Shown in pieces: positions 1 to 12,654 of a DNA stretch of 64,000 nt. The notes beneath the pieces were generated by a model. That model had not been told where the DNA came from. It did no database searches and saw only the letters and a program-made list of their open reading frames with translations. A program made the position numbers and the translations under genes. The DNA is from Ylistrum balloti (Eukaryota), in NCBI RefSeq assembly GCF_031769215.1, contig NW_026782051.1, forward strand, positions 1,054,001 through 1,118,000. The letters run 5' to 3'. Each line of letters opens with the position of its first letter. Position 1 is the first letter of the stretch.

Positions 1-314
1 TACGTTTTAAGATAGTTTCCCACCATTATCTATGGACATTCAAATTATTTTCCAAGCATTTTTTCCTGCAACTTCGTTTTATGTAATCCAACTAACGCTA
101 CTGAAATTCTAAATATTTGCAATAAATAAATAAATACAGGAAATGGTTTGGGATCATTATACTGAAATTTGATGAAAACAAATGACTCAAAAACAATTTT
201 TTAAGTTATATTTAAGAATGGAGTCTAGACCACCTTTCAAATTCCGTATAAATTAAAGAATGAATGTTTCAGCCACCGTTCACTCAAAATCACCCATTTG
301 GAATGCTCGGGTGG

Positions 315-640
315 CGGGATGGTGGATTGGTAACGCACTCGCTTATTCAGTTCCCCGCCGGGGAGGATATTTTTTTTTATATATTTGTGGACTTTTAACA
401 TTTCCCCCTCTCTTATTATGTTTGTGATGTGTCAAATTGAATACATGTATAAGTAAAGAATGTCATTCAAAATGAAACTTTAATATTTGATAAAAAAAAA
501 AACACACACTCGCTTTTCACCTAGCCGTCCGGAGTTCGATTCTCGGTATTGGGTTACGTAGGTTTTCTCTGAGCATTTCGGTTTCTTTCCACAGTAAGAC
601 CCTACGCGCGCGAAGTGAGTAATATAAGTTGGAAAAGCCT
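315..640 (+). mobile_element. tRNA-derived SINE remnant interrupted by a ~162-bp poly(A)-ended insertion
   Basis: A-box-like head (GGTGGATTGGTAACGCACTCGCTT, ~321-344) resumes at 507 with CACTCGCTTTTCACC...GGAGTTCGATTC (B-box), then a GGTTTTCTC...CGGTTTCTTTCCAC body typical of invertebrate SINEs. CACTCGCTT is duplicated at 336-344 and 507-515. Confidence 0.5.
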
Positions 641-1409
641 GTTGTAAAATAAATGAAGTTAATTTATTTAAAAGCACACTTTTTACTCAATAATTTCTGT
701 AGCTATCGTGGAAAGTCGACTTTCCCGTTCTACATGCTCACGGGTATATTTCATTGGTATACTGCTTCTTCTTTCACTATGAAGTATATGCCCTTTTTCT
801 GCAACCTATACAGTTTTACATAGAAAAACATGATGGACGATCAGTGACATTTTAACATATATAGGTGGGTGTGTCTGTTCACTACTACATATCTGGCTTT
901 GTCCGGTGCAGGTACATGTAATGTGTCCAAATTACCAATATTCCGCGCGAGGTCAATTTGCTAAACAGAAAACAGAGTCCCTCTTAACCGTCTCACATAA
1001 ATAACCAATTCTGACTTTAAATAATAAGATCAGCTGATTCTAGTCTTATCGCTTTAATCTTTGCAAGATACAGATACATAAAATCCAACCAATGAAATCG
1101 CCCTGACTACGAAATCCTGATTCAGGAAATTTTATTGCAAAAGTTCACCTTCTAGTACGTACTTTCTGTTTATTCCATACAAGATGAAATTGTCATCACA
1201 GTTTGTCTTATCTATACGTCACTTCCTTTCGGGACCTTGGATCCTCCATCGTGTCATGTTCAGATGTTTTACTCCTGGGTTCAGTACTTCTTAGATAAAC
1301 ATCATGGAACACAGGCTATGTCTGTTATTGAAAATCACAGATTAAGTTTCAATAGATTTCTAATTTTCCATTATTTTTTATCTTAACTGAGTCTACTTTC
1401 GAGCAACAT

Positions 1410-3131
1410 TCAGTCGAGATCTCTAAAATAGTCAGCTGAGCTCCAGAGAGGTTGTGGATCTACCGAACTTCCGGTGTTGCCATCCGTTCCGTATTGGAGA
1501 GTATGACACGGATCAACACAACTTCCGTCATCAGATGGAATATTCTCAGCAGCACGAGACGCAGTATACAGATTCCCCATGGAGGCCCGGAACGGAGTAG
1601 TCCTACCACGACACCAGCTCCCAGACAACAAACCGTGTCTGTTCACACCATCCTAAGTTTAGGAAATAAAACTTCAGGTGAAACATCTGCTATTAGAAAC
1701 AACCTTATACAAGCCAATAAAATCTAGCCTTGAAACCGGTTTATTAACAAATCCCATGTATTTTTAACATTCAGCTTTATTTAGCACAATCATAATTACA
1801 TGTATAATTCGATGTCAAACATGAACAACACAGAAATTAATTAAAGTTTACAAACTTAGAAATTGTTTTTAGCAAAATACGTGGAAGAGTGATGAACGCA
1901 AATCTGCAGTATGGCAAACTCAAAAATGGTGACAATGACCCATCAACGGTTAATCTTAGATAATTAATGAAATAACGCTGAAACGTATTCATGAGACAAC
2001 TTTTTATATCGGGAAGAAAATTAAAGTTTGCAAGTGTAACCGTATGTTGATAATTTGTATATACGTCATTGATGTTGTCCAAGCAATGTCTTTAAACCCG
2101 TACCCAGTGTTAAGATATGTTTTACTGTAAAAACTGAACGTAGTCATCAGTTGAGTGTCCTGTAATAGCCTATATCTGATCAAAAGATGTTCACACAAAT
2201 ATACACGTACTTCCATTTCGCCCATGACTGCAATTGCTCCTCTTTGGTAACGACATTCAAATTATTTACGGCACTTGTACTTCTAACTTATCAGACACAA
2301 AGTAACTAATCACACACATTGGCAGAGCGACAGAAAAGTTCGTCGAGTATTGATTCTTGTTTTATTGTCAATCAGGGCAGCATTGGCTTTCCAACATTTT
2401 ACCCTTTCTGACAGGCGATTCTTCAAAACAAAATACTAACTTCTAAACACCCCGATTTCCATTCTTAAAGTCTACCTCGACATTATCAAGCATTTCAATG
2501 GGATCTCGTCAGCCGTTTTAAACTGGGCGTTTGATTTAACATCAAGCAACACATAGAACTATGGACTCAAAAGTTGGGTGGGGGGATGATTTGGACCTTA
2601 CATATTACCACATTGTCTAATGTATTTTCATGAGTAAAAGCGATAAAAGAAAGAGGAACTTGTTCAGGTAATATTATATACATTTGACGTAAATGTTTCT
2701 TTTCTTTGAATATATAACAGGAATGCTTCAGGGACTTTAGGAGATAGCAAACGTATATACACTTACCGTGGGTTTGAAGTAGGTGGTGGTTTTATTACTT
2801 TGACTGGAGCCAGTCTTCAGCTGAAATTTTTACAGAAGTGCCAAATTCATGTATGTTTTTACCACGAAAGTAAATTTGGTACATATACATGAAAGTGAGT
2901 GACATATACAACGTATTTATGTTTTTAGTATATCAATATTATTCTAATGCTCAGCATCGGTCTATACGTCTAAAATGTGCTAAACAATACCCATCTGCTT
3001 ACCTGTTTAAAGCGGTCGTTCCAGAATTGGTCGCTGTGACGGTACAAGTTGTTAGGGGTCGTTGTCTCACCTAATGTCTGATTTCTCCTCACAGAGTACA
3101 ACATTGGCTGCGGACTGGTCTGTTGCGTCAT
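1410..3131 (-). CDS. Candidate two-exon uncharacterised small protein (123 aa); exons 3131-3003 and 1652-1410
   Basis: ATG at 3131 has an in-frame TAA just upstream. The exon ends AAACAG|GTAAGC. The acceptor CTTAG| at 1652 continues in phase 0 to TGA at 1410. Both segments are GC-richer than their flanks. No family recognised. Confidence 0.4.
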
Positions 3132-4654
3132 AGATTACACATAAGGATGTTATACCTAAAACAAAATGGTATAGCGAATACATAAACTATATCGGACCAT
3201 ATGTAGGTTTTGAGAGCATACCGCGTCGATGAAAATTAGTTGTGTCATTTTTTAGCTGAAACTCACACATGAATCTTACCAAATTTTTAACAAAACGAGT
3301 ATTTTGACAACTTCAATGCGAAATAAAAACATTATTATGTATAAATCTCCAAATGTATGCTTCTGGCTATCTTTCCAATACATTGATAAAACTTTGACAA
3401 ATTTGAATTAAAAATTAGTTGTGTAATGTTTAGGAGGAAATGGCACAAAATTTCAGTTCACGGATTTTTAAAAGTCCTGGCGCTGTACAGGTAAGCCAAT
3501 GTACGTGTATCGTCAATAAGACAGACTGCTGTTTATATACATTAAATAATTATATTGTTTTCTGTTCAAAGTACATTTGATAACTTCGTAATAAAGGATT
3601 TCATATGTACATTTGTAATTAACGAAATGATTAATAAAATTTAAACATTTCTACATAGCGGAAACGTTATAATCCAAACATAGTTCACAGTATGAGAATA
3701 TCGACAATCACTGGAGTTTGTTTCACGACTCGGTTATTTATTTATTTCTTCTGTTTTTTCATTGGCTTATCACTCTATACATTCCATTCTCATACAATGC
3801 AAGTTCAAAGCCATGTGTACAGTTTACGACTGACATTTGTAACCATTGTTGTGAATATATACTGACCGATTCACTTACAGTAAATAAAACAATAATGACG
3901 AATCATGAAAGCATTATTGAAGAAGTGTACTATGTTGACGTTGATACTTTCATGTACTATCATTTTAACGAGAAGTGTACGATGCAACCAAGATTGTAAC
4001 AGTGACATTCATTCTTGATTTCTGGGCGAATTTTCATTTACGACCGGTAATGGTGTATGCTGTATTTCCAAACTGTAGTTCTATGAATCAGAAAAAAGTA
4101 AATACTATTCTATCATTCTACGTATGGAGCCAAATAATATGAAGGAAAGTAGAAAAATGAAATCTCACTTACTGCGGCATAGTGCTGAGCCTGGGAGGAC
4201 GTGGACGGACGGTCAAAGAACCAGTCACATAATGTACGGGTCGTATCACGGTAACAGTCGTCTGGCTCTGGGAATCACATCACAAGGACATATGTTACAC
4301 TGTACAGTAATACATAGATAGGAAACTAGCACACGTGTAAGTTTTACCTTTATCCAACTAAATGTTTCGACCTTTCAGGATTTCCAAAGAATTTGTTTGA
4401 AATAAATTGCCAAATGAACCAATAGACACAATTTCCATCAGTTGGTAATTTTTCAGTGGGCTGCAATAATTGAGAAATATATTAGTTAAATAACTTACCT
4501 GTCTTTTTACCTGTCAAGAAGTACACGGCTGGTACAAGAATGGACAAAAACATAATTATGTCTTTTAAAAGTAATTCTCTCTTCACTTAGATAAACAACG
4601 TGGAACTCGAGTCCAAATAAAACACTGTCACTAGGGAAGCATACCTTTTGCCCA

Positions 4655-4698
4655 TGACGTCATAATTAAGAAAATACATAACCTCATCTATGACGTCA
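4655..4698. promoter_or_regulatory. Two perfect CRE palindromes (TGACGTCA at 4655-4662 and 4691-4698)
   Basis: Read directly. They lie upstream of a minus-strand donor-like site (~4498, ACAG|GTAAGT), so they could be the promoter of the candidate small gene. Confidence 0.4.
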
Positions 4699-7600
4699 TC
4701 ACAAACACAATGACCTCGAACACGACACCATTTAATTGTTTTAATCTCTGTTGAATCGAGAGCAGAAACAACGCCGTATGTTCTGTTCAGTTGACAATGG
4801 AACTATAAACTTTAATAATGCCAGCTTCCTCCGACTCCAATACCAGACCTCAGACGTTCCGAAACCCGATAACACTAGACATCTATCCATAATGTGGAAT
4901 GTCTGGTGTGAGGTCTAAATAACACAAGACAATGACCCATCAGATATCATCTATCAAGTTATTTTACCATTGACATTTAAACTTCCGTTGTGTCTATATC
5001 ATGTTGTTTGTTCATTTTTGGGATTAGTTTTCTAAGGCACATCTATTTAACGATTAAAAAAATATATAATGCTTGTTGTAATTTATCGCTTTACAGTTGT
5101 CCATAGATCTCCATTTGGATCTCTGAAAATTGTAAGACTTTAATTTCTTTTTCCGGGAAATTTTGATTCGACGATTTTTCAAAGACATTTTTACATACAA
5201 GCTAACCGTTAATAAGTATTTATATATCAATGCATTTTTAAAACGCACGTGTTTCTAAGAAACAATATTTTTTATGTATACTTATATCGGCCAAGGGGTT
5301 GGGTGACACAATATAGTGGTCGTGGTGAAACAAAAAAAATTGTTTTATTTAACATCTGGTATTGTTTACTTCAAAAAAACAACAAGCCAAATTATTTTTT
5401 TTTCATCATGAAATGTTGATTTTTTCCCTGAATTAATAAATCACATGATAAATCAGATTATTACCAAAAACTAGTATTTCACTTCACTGCAAATGTAAAA
5501 TTTTCATATTTCTTCTCACTAATGTTTAATACACACAGAACATAACAATAGACATTACTGGTTATTCCAATGAAATAAAAACAATGGCTCGGTGAACGAC
5601 CTTTTTTCTACTATTTTTGTTTGAGTTATCTCCCTTGAACAAAAAAAAACAAAAATCAATGTTTTCAGTTTCTCTTTGGTTGAAATAAGATAACAAAGGG
5701 TACTACGTTATTTCAATACCTTCAATACATAAGGACGGCAAAACTAACAATAAGTAATTTTCATTTGTGATATTTTAAATTGTAAGAGCCTAAAAATCAT
5801 AATAAAGATAAATATTCACATAAATAAGATAAATGAAAGAAAGTAAAATTTTCCTATTAAAAATATTTACATTCTCATGCAAAAAATGATACCATGCATG
5901 ATTGCATGAAAAAACAGCATTGAAATTTCAAATGCAATAAGATGAAATACGTTTACAATTTACAATTTTCTATCTGTTCAAATCTGCTGAATTATCTCCC
6001 TTTAAATGTATGGGAAATTCTGAAATTAACAAGGGACAATAAATCTTCTAAAGAATAACAAATCATAACGCTAAGAAGAACAGATTTTAAGTCTATATGC
6101 TATGATAAACACTGATAAAAGGAATTTACATTAACAGAGTGCTATATATAACTTTTTGAAAAATTTATTAACTGAAATTGTCAAATTTTGGAAAGAACCA
6201 TAATATACAAAATACAATCATCAAAACACAAGGGAAAGAACAACAAAGCTTCACCAAAATTCCTAATTGGAACGGTTGAAGAAATTAAAGGATTGTTTTT
6301 GTATTTTTTGAATAATAAATATAAGATGCATGTAAAAAGCATCAATACATGTCAATATGATAAAGCTAAAATGCTTAAATAATTGGATGGTGCTCTTGTT
6401 ATGAGACAAACTATAAAAAGCCTGTTGGTATCTGAACAACCTATGGAAATTAAACAGTGGAATTTCTATGTACATTATACAGGATTTGCTTATTTTAACC
6501 AACGATACTTTTAAACAAAGATTTTGATGTTGTGTCTAGTAATGATGAAACATGTTTGATCTATAATTACTTCACTAATTGATTTTAAAAATCCTCCAGT
6601 GCAATGAACACACAGGTAAAACTAATATGGCCCAACACTTCTATCCGTTTGCAGCATGTTTTGCCTGATAATGTATGGTGATACTGATTAACATCTTTGG
6701 TATGAAATACAGTTGAGTGTAGACTAATCTTTACACATTAGTTCATTTGTTGTGTACGAGGAAAAGACTTCTAGTTCACAAGAAACAGACTACAGGTAAA
6801 GTAGAAATGTACTAGGGACCACAAAGGTAACGTGAAAACAATCCCTGATATATAAGAGGTGGAACTCTTACAGTACTACCTATTTAGTACACCCCCCCCC
6901 CCACCCCCACCCCCTAATCTGAAGAACAGTATAATCCACTAATACAACAGTACCGTTATGTAGTACAAACCAAAGTACTTGTTTAGTCAGTAATAGAAGC
7001 AATATTCAGCAAAATCAACACAGAAAGTGTACCTGAGCATTGCAAATACATTGATAATATTTTTATCGAAGTATAATTTGACTTTTTTAATCAACATGTA
7101 TGTATTTGACTACAGGAAATGCCAATTTACTCCTACATGTTACATGTAGTATTTGATATAAGTTTATATTTCATTATAATTAAACGTTAGGCTTACGATG
7201 TGTCATGTAATATTTAGTCGTTGAGAACTTTAATAAAGCAAGTAAGTTTGAGGGATTCAACGAGAACTATCATTAAGGTTGAGTGATTTAAATGCAAACT
7301 TAAATGTCATGCAATTCACACATTAAATACTTTTACCTGAAAATATATACAGGACGTATATGTAAGTCATCACGTCTCTCGGATGTACAGAACAAACGTG
7401 CACCAATGCTCAAGTTCCCCACGCCAGCTCAACCATTCCTCTTTCCATGTCTGGCCAATTTCGAGGTGATTTCTTTTGTATGGTCACTATATTGACTTGA
7501 TTTTGAATTGTTGTACAAATAGTCATGATCAATGATATGTTGACAGTGATCATGGAAATAACGTAACTATATAACGTTAGACCGGTAATCGTGAGTCTTA

Positions 7601-8264
7601 GACAGAGTAAGCAAGATTGTTGTCAGTTCCGTATAACATTTTTAAATGGAGTCAGAAATATTCAAACGCGCAAAAGTTCTTGTACACGACTCAGAATCTT
7701 TAACAAAATGGCGGCTACAAACAGCGGACATAGAAACTTTGAAATTCAAACGGCAAGTAAACCTTGTACAATGTCCACGTGTGGTCAGATCATCTAATTA
7801 AGCCAAGCTGTATTTAGTTCAATTGCTATTTAGTCGCTACGTTCATTATCATAAAGATTAGTATCATTATATAAATACGTATTCTATTATTTTGATTTCG
7901 TCATATAGTTTTCAATGACTTAAGAAAGGTTATAAGTTGAAATCATTTTGTACATTAATCTTTTGGAACACTTGGTGAGCTCTATCATTGTGGTTCGGCG
8001 GTTCTTAAAGTTTACCTGTTCGAAATATCTCAACACGGCTTGATGTTGTTTGATACAAGACGATGTATGTCACGTTAGTATATTCTTACGACACATATAA
8101 CATATGATACAGGTGTACTGGACACCCCACAATTTGTTCTAACAATCTTTTTATGACCGAGTCATGTACAATGTACGTTGGAAAAAGTTATAATAATGAC
8201 TTGGAGTATATGCTTGTTGACTACTACGCAATCCAAACTCTGACACCATGTATAACAATTTTAT

Positions 8265-8448
8265 TCAGATTAACGTGGCCTTCCGGTTAATATAATCCAC
8301 CAAGTGATCGTAGTTCCACTCATCATACCAACGACAACTTCCATGATGATATTCATCACACGAGACACGCCCCTGTAGTTCTGCCCGACGAGGTAATTCT
8401 GGCTCCGGTGGTCGCTTACCCAGCGAATAAAAACTTTTGTAATAATAC
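8265..8448 (-). CDS. P4H-like gene last coding exon
   Basis: CTTGAAG|GTAT; WYYYKSFYSLGKRPPEP...CDEYHHGSCRWYDEWNYDH...LI-stop; AATAAA overlaps the stop codon. Confidence 0.85.
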
Positions 8449-11400
8449 CTTCAAGAGAAACACAAAATAACTTAATGATAAAGGGCAGTAAAACAGAGGT
8501 GCATGTAGTTCTCAATGATAATATAAAAGTACATTGTAACATATAGATTGTAGCTGAATTCTGCTCCATGATTTTGGACATGATAGATTGTGTTGAAATA
8601 GTAAATATCTGTTGAACTAGGTATTATACATATTTTTTTGTAGTAAGTGCCCCTCGAATTTCAACGAAATATATGATGATATTAAAAGATTTGGTATTTC
8701 CATTACGTGACGAACTGGAATACAAGATGTATACACATTGACCTCCCGGTAGTTAAGTAAGAAACATTAGCCGATTTTGTTTTCCGGAAGAGGATCTTCC
8801 ATGAACCTGACAGAATCCTACCGTGACATTCTCCTATCCCTTCGAATATGTATTTTGACTGGAATATTGAAATGTCCGATATATAATGCACATTTTTTCC
8901 ATGTTAGATTTTCAACTTTCCAACTTGTGACGACCGTTTTTCATAAAGGACGTCTAGCGTACAACGTGCAAAGATGGGAATATTCGAATAATAAAGGGGT
9001 CTGTCATTGCATACGGTAGACAACTTCATAGAGCGCAACTTGATGTGCCACTGACGCCCCAGCACTGCGTTAAATGCTTGATAATCCATCATGAATCCAT
9101 CATTACAGAATCGTCTCCATTCCCATATCCGTTACCATTGAAGATCACATGAATCATAAAACCGAAAACAGATCTCCAACGAACACCAGAAGTAAATTCA
9201 TTGTGTACCCCAAAAATCACTTACACAAAACTTTTACAGAATGCCCCAAAGTACCATTAGTGCAAAACTCCTATAAATTTCGGTCAATGCATTTTGGAAG
9301 ACAATGTCGACATCATATTTGTTTATGTAGACAACCTTTATTGACGAAAATCAAAACGAAAAACGATGCAGTTGTGTTTATAGGACATTTCATTCCCCCC
9401 CCCCCAAATACATTTTCTAATGTAAGTTAGTTTTGAGTGAAATATGGAAACTGGTTTGGCCGTCGTGAAACTACTATACACGATAGGAAGCGGGAAATCT
9501 TACAACGACCGGAAGTAAAACTCACCATCTCTGTATAATATACTTGTGACCTTTATCCACCTTGGCTGCCTTATGTACCGACATTGGCTCACACTTTCCG
9601 TCTTCATTCATGTTATTCCAAACAAGTGCTCTTCCCTTTCTTGGTTTTACCCAAATACCTAGTTCTGGAAATGAAATTTAATTACATGATTAGTTTGTCA
9701 TTGAATTGCTCAAAATATGCATGAACATATAAAATGATGTTGTCATGACTTCTAACTACAAAGGTTTTGTACACACATATATTTGAAGGAAAGGCTTGCG
9801 TGGTGTCGTTATCTACACCTGTGTGCTACATTGACATTAAAAGCTGGTATATTTCTTTATAGACAAAGTAATTGCTTGTGATATATGTATATTTCAAATT
9901 TGATCTTCATCGTTGACCTTGTGACCTTGACCTGCAGTGTGACATTTTCTCACTTGATATCAAATAATGCCTTATTTTTTCAAATTTGACCTTGACCTTC
10001 GATCTGATGGCATTGACTATTTACAGTAATGATGACCTTGACTACTGACCTCTGAACATAAAAAAATCTGAGACCTAGCACAATATTTTACCTCTAAAAT
10101 TGCCATCGTGAAGCAGGTAGATCCAAAACAAGACATACCTTTCATACACCTACTTTCACGTAAATGCTCACTTATGCTCACTTATCCAGTATTTACCCGG
10201 AAACATGGTCTCCCCGCCCTCCTCCACGTCCTGAAGGTAAACCAGTATCGTAGCCATGCGGTCGCGCTGATCGTCCGTGTTTTCTGTACAGTCCGTGTGC
10301 GTCTTGTATCCTGTTAAATCGAGAAATAAGTGAAGAGAAAGGAACGCCATTCTTTTTAAATTGACGTAATTAGATACATATATATATATACACATTTGTT
10401 TTCTCGAGGACTGAGTGTTGTCTCACCTATTCCAACGGGATATGACGTTATCTGAAACTTTCCGCCATTTTCTGGGAGTAGGCTTGTCGCCTCTTTAACC
10501 CTGTATTCGAACACTTTGGAGAACCTGCTCTCGCCAGGATAGAACGCCGTACTGTAACTCCAGTTGGAGTGAAGCCAGGACTTGAGTTGACTGGAGAAGG
10601 TGGCATTCATACACAGAGTACCTAAGAACATATATATATCATGTCTTGAGAAATGCTTAAACATTAATTTGGTGCACTAGCATGTTTTCAGTATTCGTTA
10701 GATCAGAGGTTCGGCCTTACTCCTATTTCATATTGTCATGTAAACAACAAACCAATATAGCTTACCACTTCCATGGTCATACCTGGCATAAAGTCTTGAG
10801 GAGTGACCTTGACCTTGACGCCGTTTGCCTTGAGGTGATGTCTAAGTGTAGCTATTGAATCAAAGCAGACAAAGGGATCATGCTTGTTGGCTTGAGCAAT
10901 GTGACTGTCGTGGACCTTCATGAGACCGTCACATTCGGCCTCCGACAGAAATTCGTTATACAAGAACACTCTGAAACAATGGGATATAAGAATGTAGAAC
11001 ATACAAACCGATTGTAAAGAAAATATTGTGTATTATTTTCACTAGAACGCCTAATGCTTGTGCTATACCAAAAATGCTTTCTTTCTTCTGACATGGTTGC
11101 ATTCTTGTAAGTAGCCTACTTAGCTAGTGTTATTCGGATAAGTTTTGTCATGACCTTATTTTGTTTCAAGTCTAAAGAAAAACAGACGAAACTTAAATAT
11201 TTGAAGCTACGCGGACTTTGCTAATGTTGATGCGAAGCTACGCGGATTTGCCTAACACTGGTGTGAAGGTACTTGGACATAATGCTGATAAGAAGCAACA
11301 CGGACTTATCTAATACTGATGTGGAGCTACGCAGACTTTCCTGAGGTTGATGTGAAGCAACGAGGACTTTTTGTCGAATGTTGACTGAAGCTACGCGGAC

Positions 11401-12544
11401 TTGCCTAACGCTGAAGTGAAGCTACATCGTATCTATGAGGACTTACCCAACGCTGATGTGAAGATACGCGGAATTGCATAATGCTACTGACATCTTAACA
11501 CTGTAGAAAAGAATTGCGGATGTACCTAATACTGTTGAAAAGCTGTGTGGACTTACCTAACACTGACAAAAAGCAGCCCAGAATTAGCAAACGCCGACGG
11601 AAATAAGTGTGGATCTACCTAGTACTGTTAAAAAAAGCAGAGCACACTTGCCCAACGCTGGTGAAAACCCAATGCGAATTTAGCTAACCAGCATAAAACA
11701 CAGCGTAGACACACCCAACTCTAGATCTGGAAAGCAGTGCAGATTTATTTAACGCTGTCTATCACCGGTGTGCACTAACCTATCGGTGATGTGAAGCAAT
11801 ACTTAAATATACTTACCTAACGCTGCTGTTGTTTGGTTTCTGTGGTAACAGTTCAATTGGTGGCAATCTCCTTCCATCTGCGAAGATTTTCTTTGGGGAC
11901 ATCGTCTTTTGGAAAGTTGGTTTGAAGTCCCTGACTTCTTTTGGCAGATCTTGTTCATTCGATCGATCCTTAGTCTGTTTTTTTGTTGGACTACTAGAGG
12001 ATCCTCCTTTCTTGGTCGACTTTGATGTATCGCCTGAAGATTTTGTTTTCGATTTAGTGTTTTTATTTTGAGAGGATGCGCTGTTCTTTCTGGACGGGTT
12101 GTGTCGTTTATTTTCTGTTGATTGTATAATTTCCTCTTTTACAGGCATTTCTTCATCGCCGTCGTCCGCTAAATGTATCGCTCTCTTTAAATCGTTTGTT
12201 GTCTGATGATCATCGTCTTCTTCAACCAGTGGATCATTCTGTTTTGAATCAGATAGATTGTCAGCGACGTCATCGCGTATAGAAGTGGTGTCTTTTGCTG
12301 ATCTTGAATCGCCGTCTGTCTCTAGCTGTTCTGACTTCGTAACCCTCCCGTAAGCAAGTTCTGATAACTGAGGATATATCACTGCTATAAGAATTGTAAG
12401 CCCTACCAGCACAATGACACTTAGCGGCACTCGTTTGGACGAGGGTTCAGTCACAATTTCAGTGGACTTTGACGTGTGTCCTTGAACTTTGGAATTCATG
12501 TTGACCCCTGCAATAACACCACGTTTTTTGGCTCTCTGTCCCAT
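8265..12544 (-). CDS. Transmembrane prolyl 4-hydroxylase-like 2OG-Fe(II) dioxygenase, 515 aa; exons 12544-11817, 10970-10783, 10621-10427, 10310-10197, 9664-9526, 8448-8265
   Basis: All introns are GT-AG with consistent phases (1548 nt total). There is an N-terminal TM helix (VPLSVIVLVGLTILIAVIY) and the P4Hc motifs FLSEAECDGL, GYKTHTD (HxD), RMATILVYLQDVEEGGETMFP, VKPRKGRALVWNNM, SVHKA (distal His) and GHKY (2OG-binding Lys). It is P4HTM-like but orthology is uncertain. Confidence 0.9.
9526..9664 (-). CDS. P4H-like gene coding exon 5
   Basis: TTCCAG|AACTA...AGATG|GTGAGT; ELGIWVKPRKGRALVWNNM...VHKAAKVDKGHKYIIQR. Confidence 0.92.
10197..10310 (-). CDS. P4H-like gene coding exon 4 (HxD)
   Basis: AACAG|GATAC...CCGG|GTAAAT; GYKTHTDC...GGETMFP. 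Confidence 0.92.
10427..10621 (-). CDS. P4H-like gene coding exon 3
   Basis: CTTAG|GTACT...ATAG|GTGAGA; encodes ...GGKFQITSYPVGI. Confidence 0.88.
10783..10970 (-). CDS. P4H-like gene coding exon 2
   Basis: TTTCAG|AGTG...CCAG|GTATGA; encodes VFLYNEFLSEAECDGL... Confidence 0.88.
11200..11760. repeat. Degenerate ~31-bp tandem repeat (GAAGCTACGCGGACTTTGCTAATGTTGATGC-like) in P4H-like intron
   Basis: GAAGCTAC recurs at 11203 and 11234, with more diverged copies beyond. Confidence 0.7.
11817..12544 (-). CDS. P4H-like gene coding exon 1 (TM helix plus low-complexity stalk)
   Basis: 243-aa ORF ending at GTTAG|GTAAGT. An acceptor at 12573 (TTTCCTGAAG|) lies just upstream of the ATG. Confidence 0.85.
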
Positions 12545-12654
12545 TACGTGTTGTTTTCAAGCTTCACATTCACCTTCAGGAAAAAACAAAACCTTTATGA
12601 CAACAATTCTTGCTATATGATCTATATTATGTAATTGCCATGACTCATTATATG

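Noticed and set aside
4165-4290. GC-richer minus-strand segment with donor GCA|GTAAGT
   Set aside because: No phase joins it to the 123-aa frame without a stop; at most a UTR exon.
7591-7797. ORF containing AAAATGGCGGC (YY1-like) and MAATNSGHRNFEIQT with a possible GC donor
   Set aside because: No downstream plus-strand exons found before the P4H-like 3' end; cannot support a gene.
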